64,000 nucleotides of DNA from Alphaproteobacteria bacterium (GTDB lineage Bacteria; Pseudomonadota; Alphaproteobacteria; SP197), in assembly GCA_965228895.1 (NCBI GenBank), contig OZ245842.1, forward strand, positions 4,864,001 through 4,928,000, read 5' to 3'. Made by a program: the position numbers and the translations under genes. The notes beneath the pieces are model-generated. The model saw nothing but the letters and a program-made list of their open reading frames with translations, was not told the DNA's origin and made no database searches. Below, piece after piece: positions 63,505-64,000 of this stretch; the first letter of the stretch is position 1; every line of letters starts with the position of its first letter.

Positions 63505-64000
63505 ATGACAGCGGACCTCGACTTCTCACGCCTCGACGAACTCGGCGCGCTTTCGGTTCCCGAATGGTCGCGGGGCGTTTGGCGTCGAACCTTCGGCCGC
63601 TATCCCGGCCGCGACGACAAGATGACCGAGGTGATCTGGATCCAGACGCCGACGCTCTATGCGGATATCCGTGTCGCCGCGCCCGACGATCCCTCGCCCG
63701 AGGCCAGGGACGAAGGGTTCGCCGGCTGGCTCGATGTCGCTGATCAGGTTTGCACCTGGCACCGGCCGGTCGACCTTCACCCCCGGCCGGAAGGCGGCGA
63801 CCAGGGCGCCATGTATCTGGACAACGATGTCATGATCGAGGTCGGCCTTTTGGCCAATTACATGGAGGAGTATCAACGGATCGATCCGGCGACCCGCTGC
63901 TTTGCGGCGTCGCGCGGCACCTTTACCACCTCTGACGGCAAGGTGCGTTTCGCGCCGGACGGCCCGGTCGAGATCCTGGTCTCTGCAGGCCCGCATGTCA
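63505..64000 (+). CDS. Hypothetical beta-rich protein (runs off the window edge)
   Basis: Not in the ORF track. AGGAG RBS, ATG at 63505, open to the end: MTADLDFSRLDELGALSVPEWSRGVWRRTFGRYPGRDDKMTEVIWIQTPTLYADIRV... Confidence 0.75.
   Translation, partial: MTADLDFSRLDELGALSVPEWSRGVWRRTFGRYPGRDDKMTEVIWIQTPTLYADIRVAAPDDPSPEARDEGFAGWLDVADQVCTWHRPVDLHPRPEGGDQGAMYLDNDVMIEVGLLANYMEEYQRIDPATRCFAASRGTFTTSDGKVRFAPDGPVEILVSAGPHV

Overview
A GC-rich, gene-dense window of an alphaproteobacterial chromosome. The gene order looks Rhodospirillales-like (inference from synteny and motifs only). It is mostly housekeeping: nfu-usp, trpS-murJ, pyc, glnD-mutS, maeB, a complete phoR-pstSCAB-phoU-phoB locus with Pho boxes, ald, nth, dapB, dnaJ-dnaK, djlA, grpE-hrcA, rph-rdgB-hemW, lpoA/yraN/BON/gshB, an EmrAB-type pump and speB. 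I see no CRISPR array, tRNA, rRNA, transposase or integrase. The most striking non-coding signal is a family of CTAG/TAG-bounded bipartite palindromic elements. Each has two ~64-bp hairpin arms with fixed ends, a fixed apex and a 3-nt bulge carrying GANTC, but variable stems that keep their base pairing. They occur dispersed (987, 18073, 28317, 39045), often overlap stop codons, and are amplified into a 137-bp tandem array (36801-37275) just upstream of nth. Other highlights are a TetR-controlled cassette (Tat-exported cysteine hydrolase, SnoaL-like protein, YHS protein) with three operator copies, a 132-bp nested palindrome, a truncated PodJ-like protein, a LysR/PhyH pair splitting rdgB-hemW, and the apparent loss of rsmI from its usual locus. 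All family calls are from motif recognition; no database searches were run.
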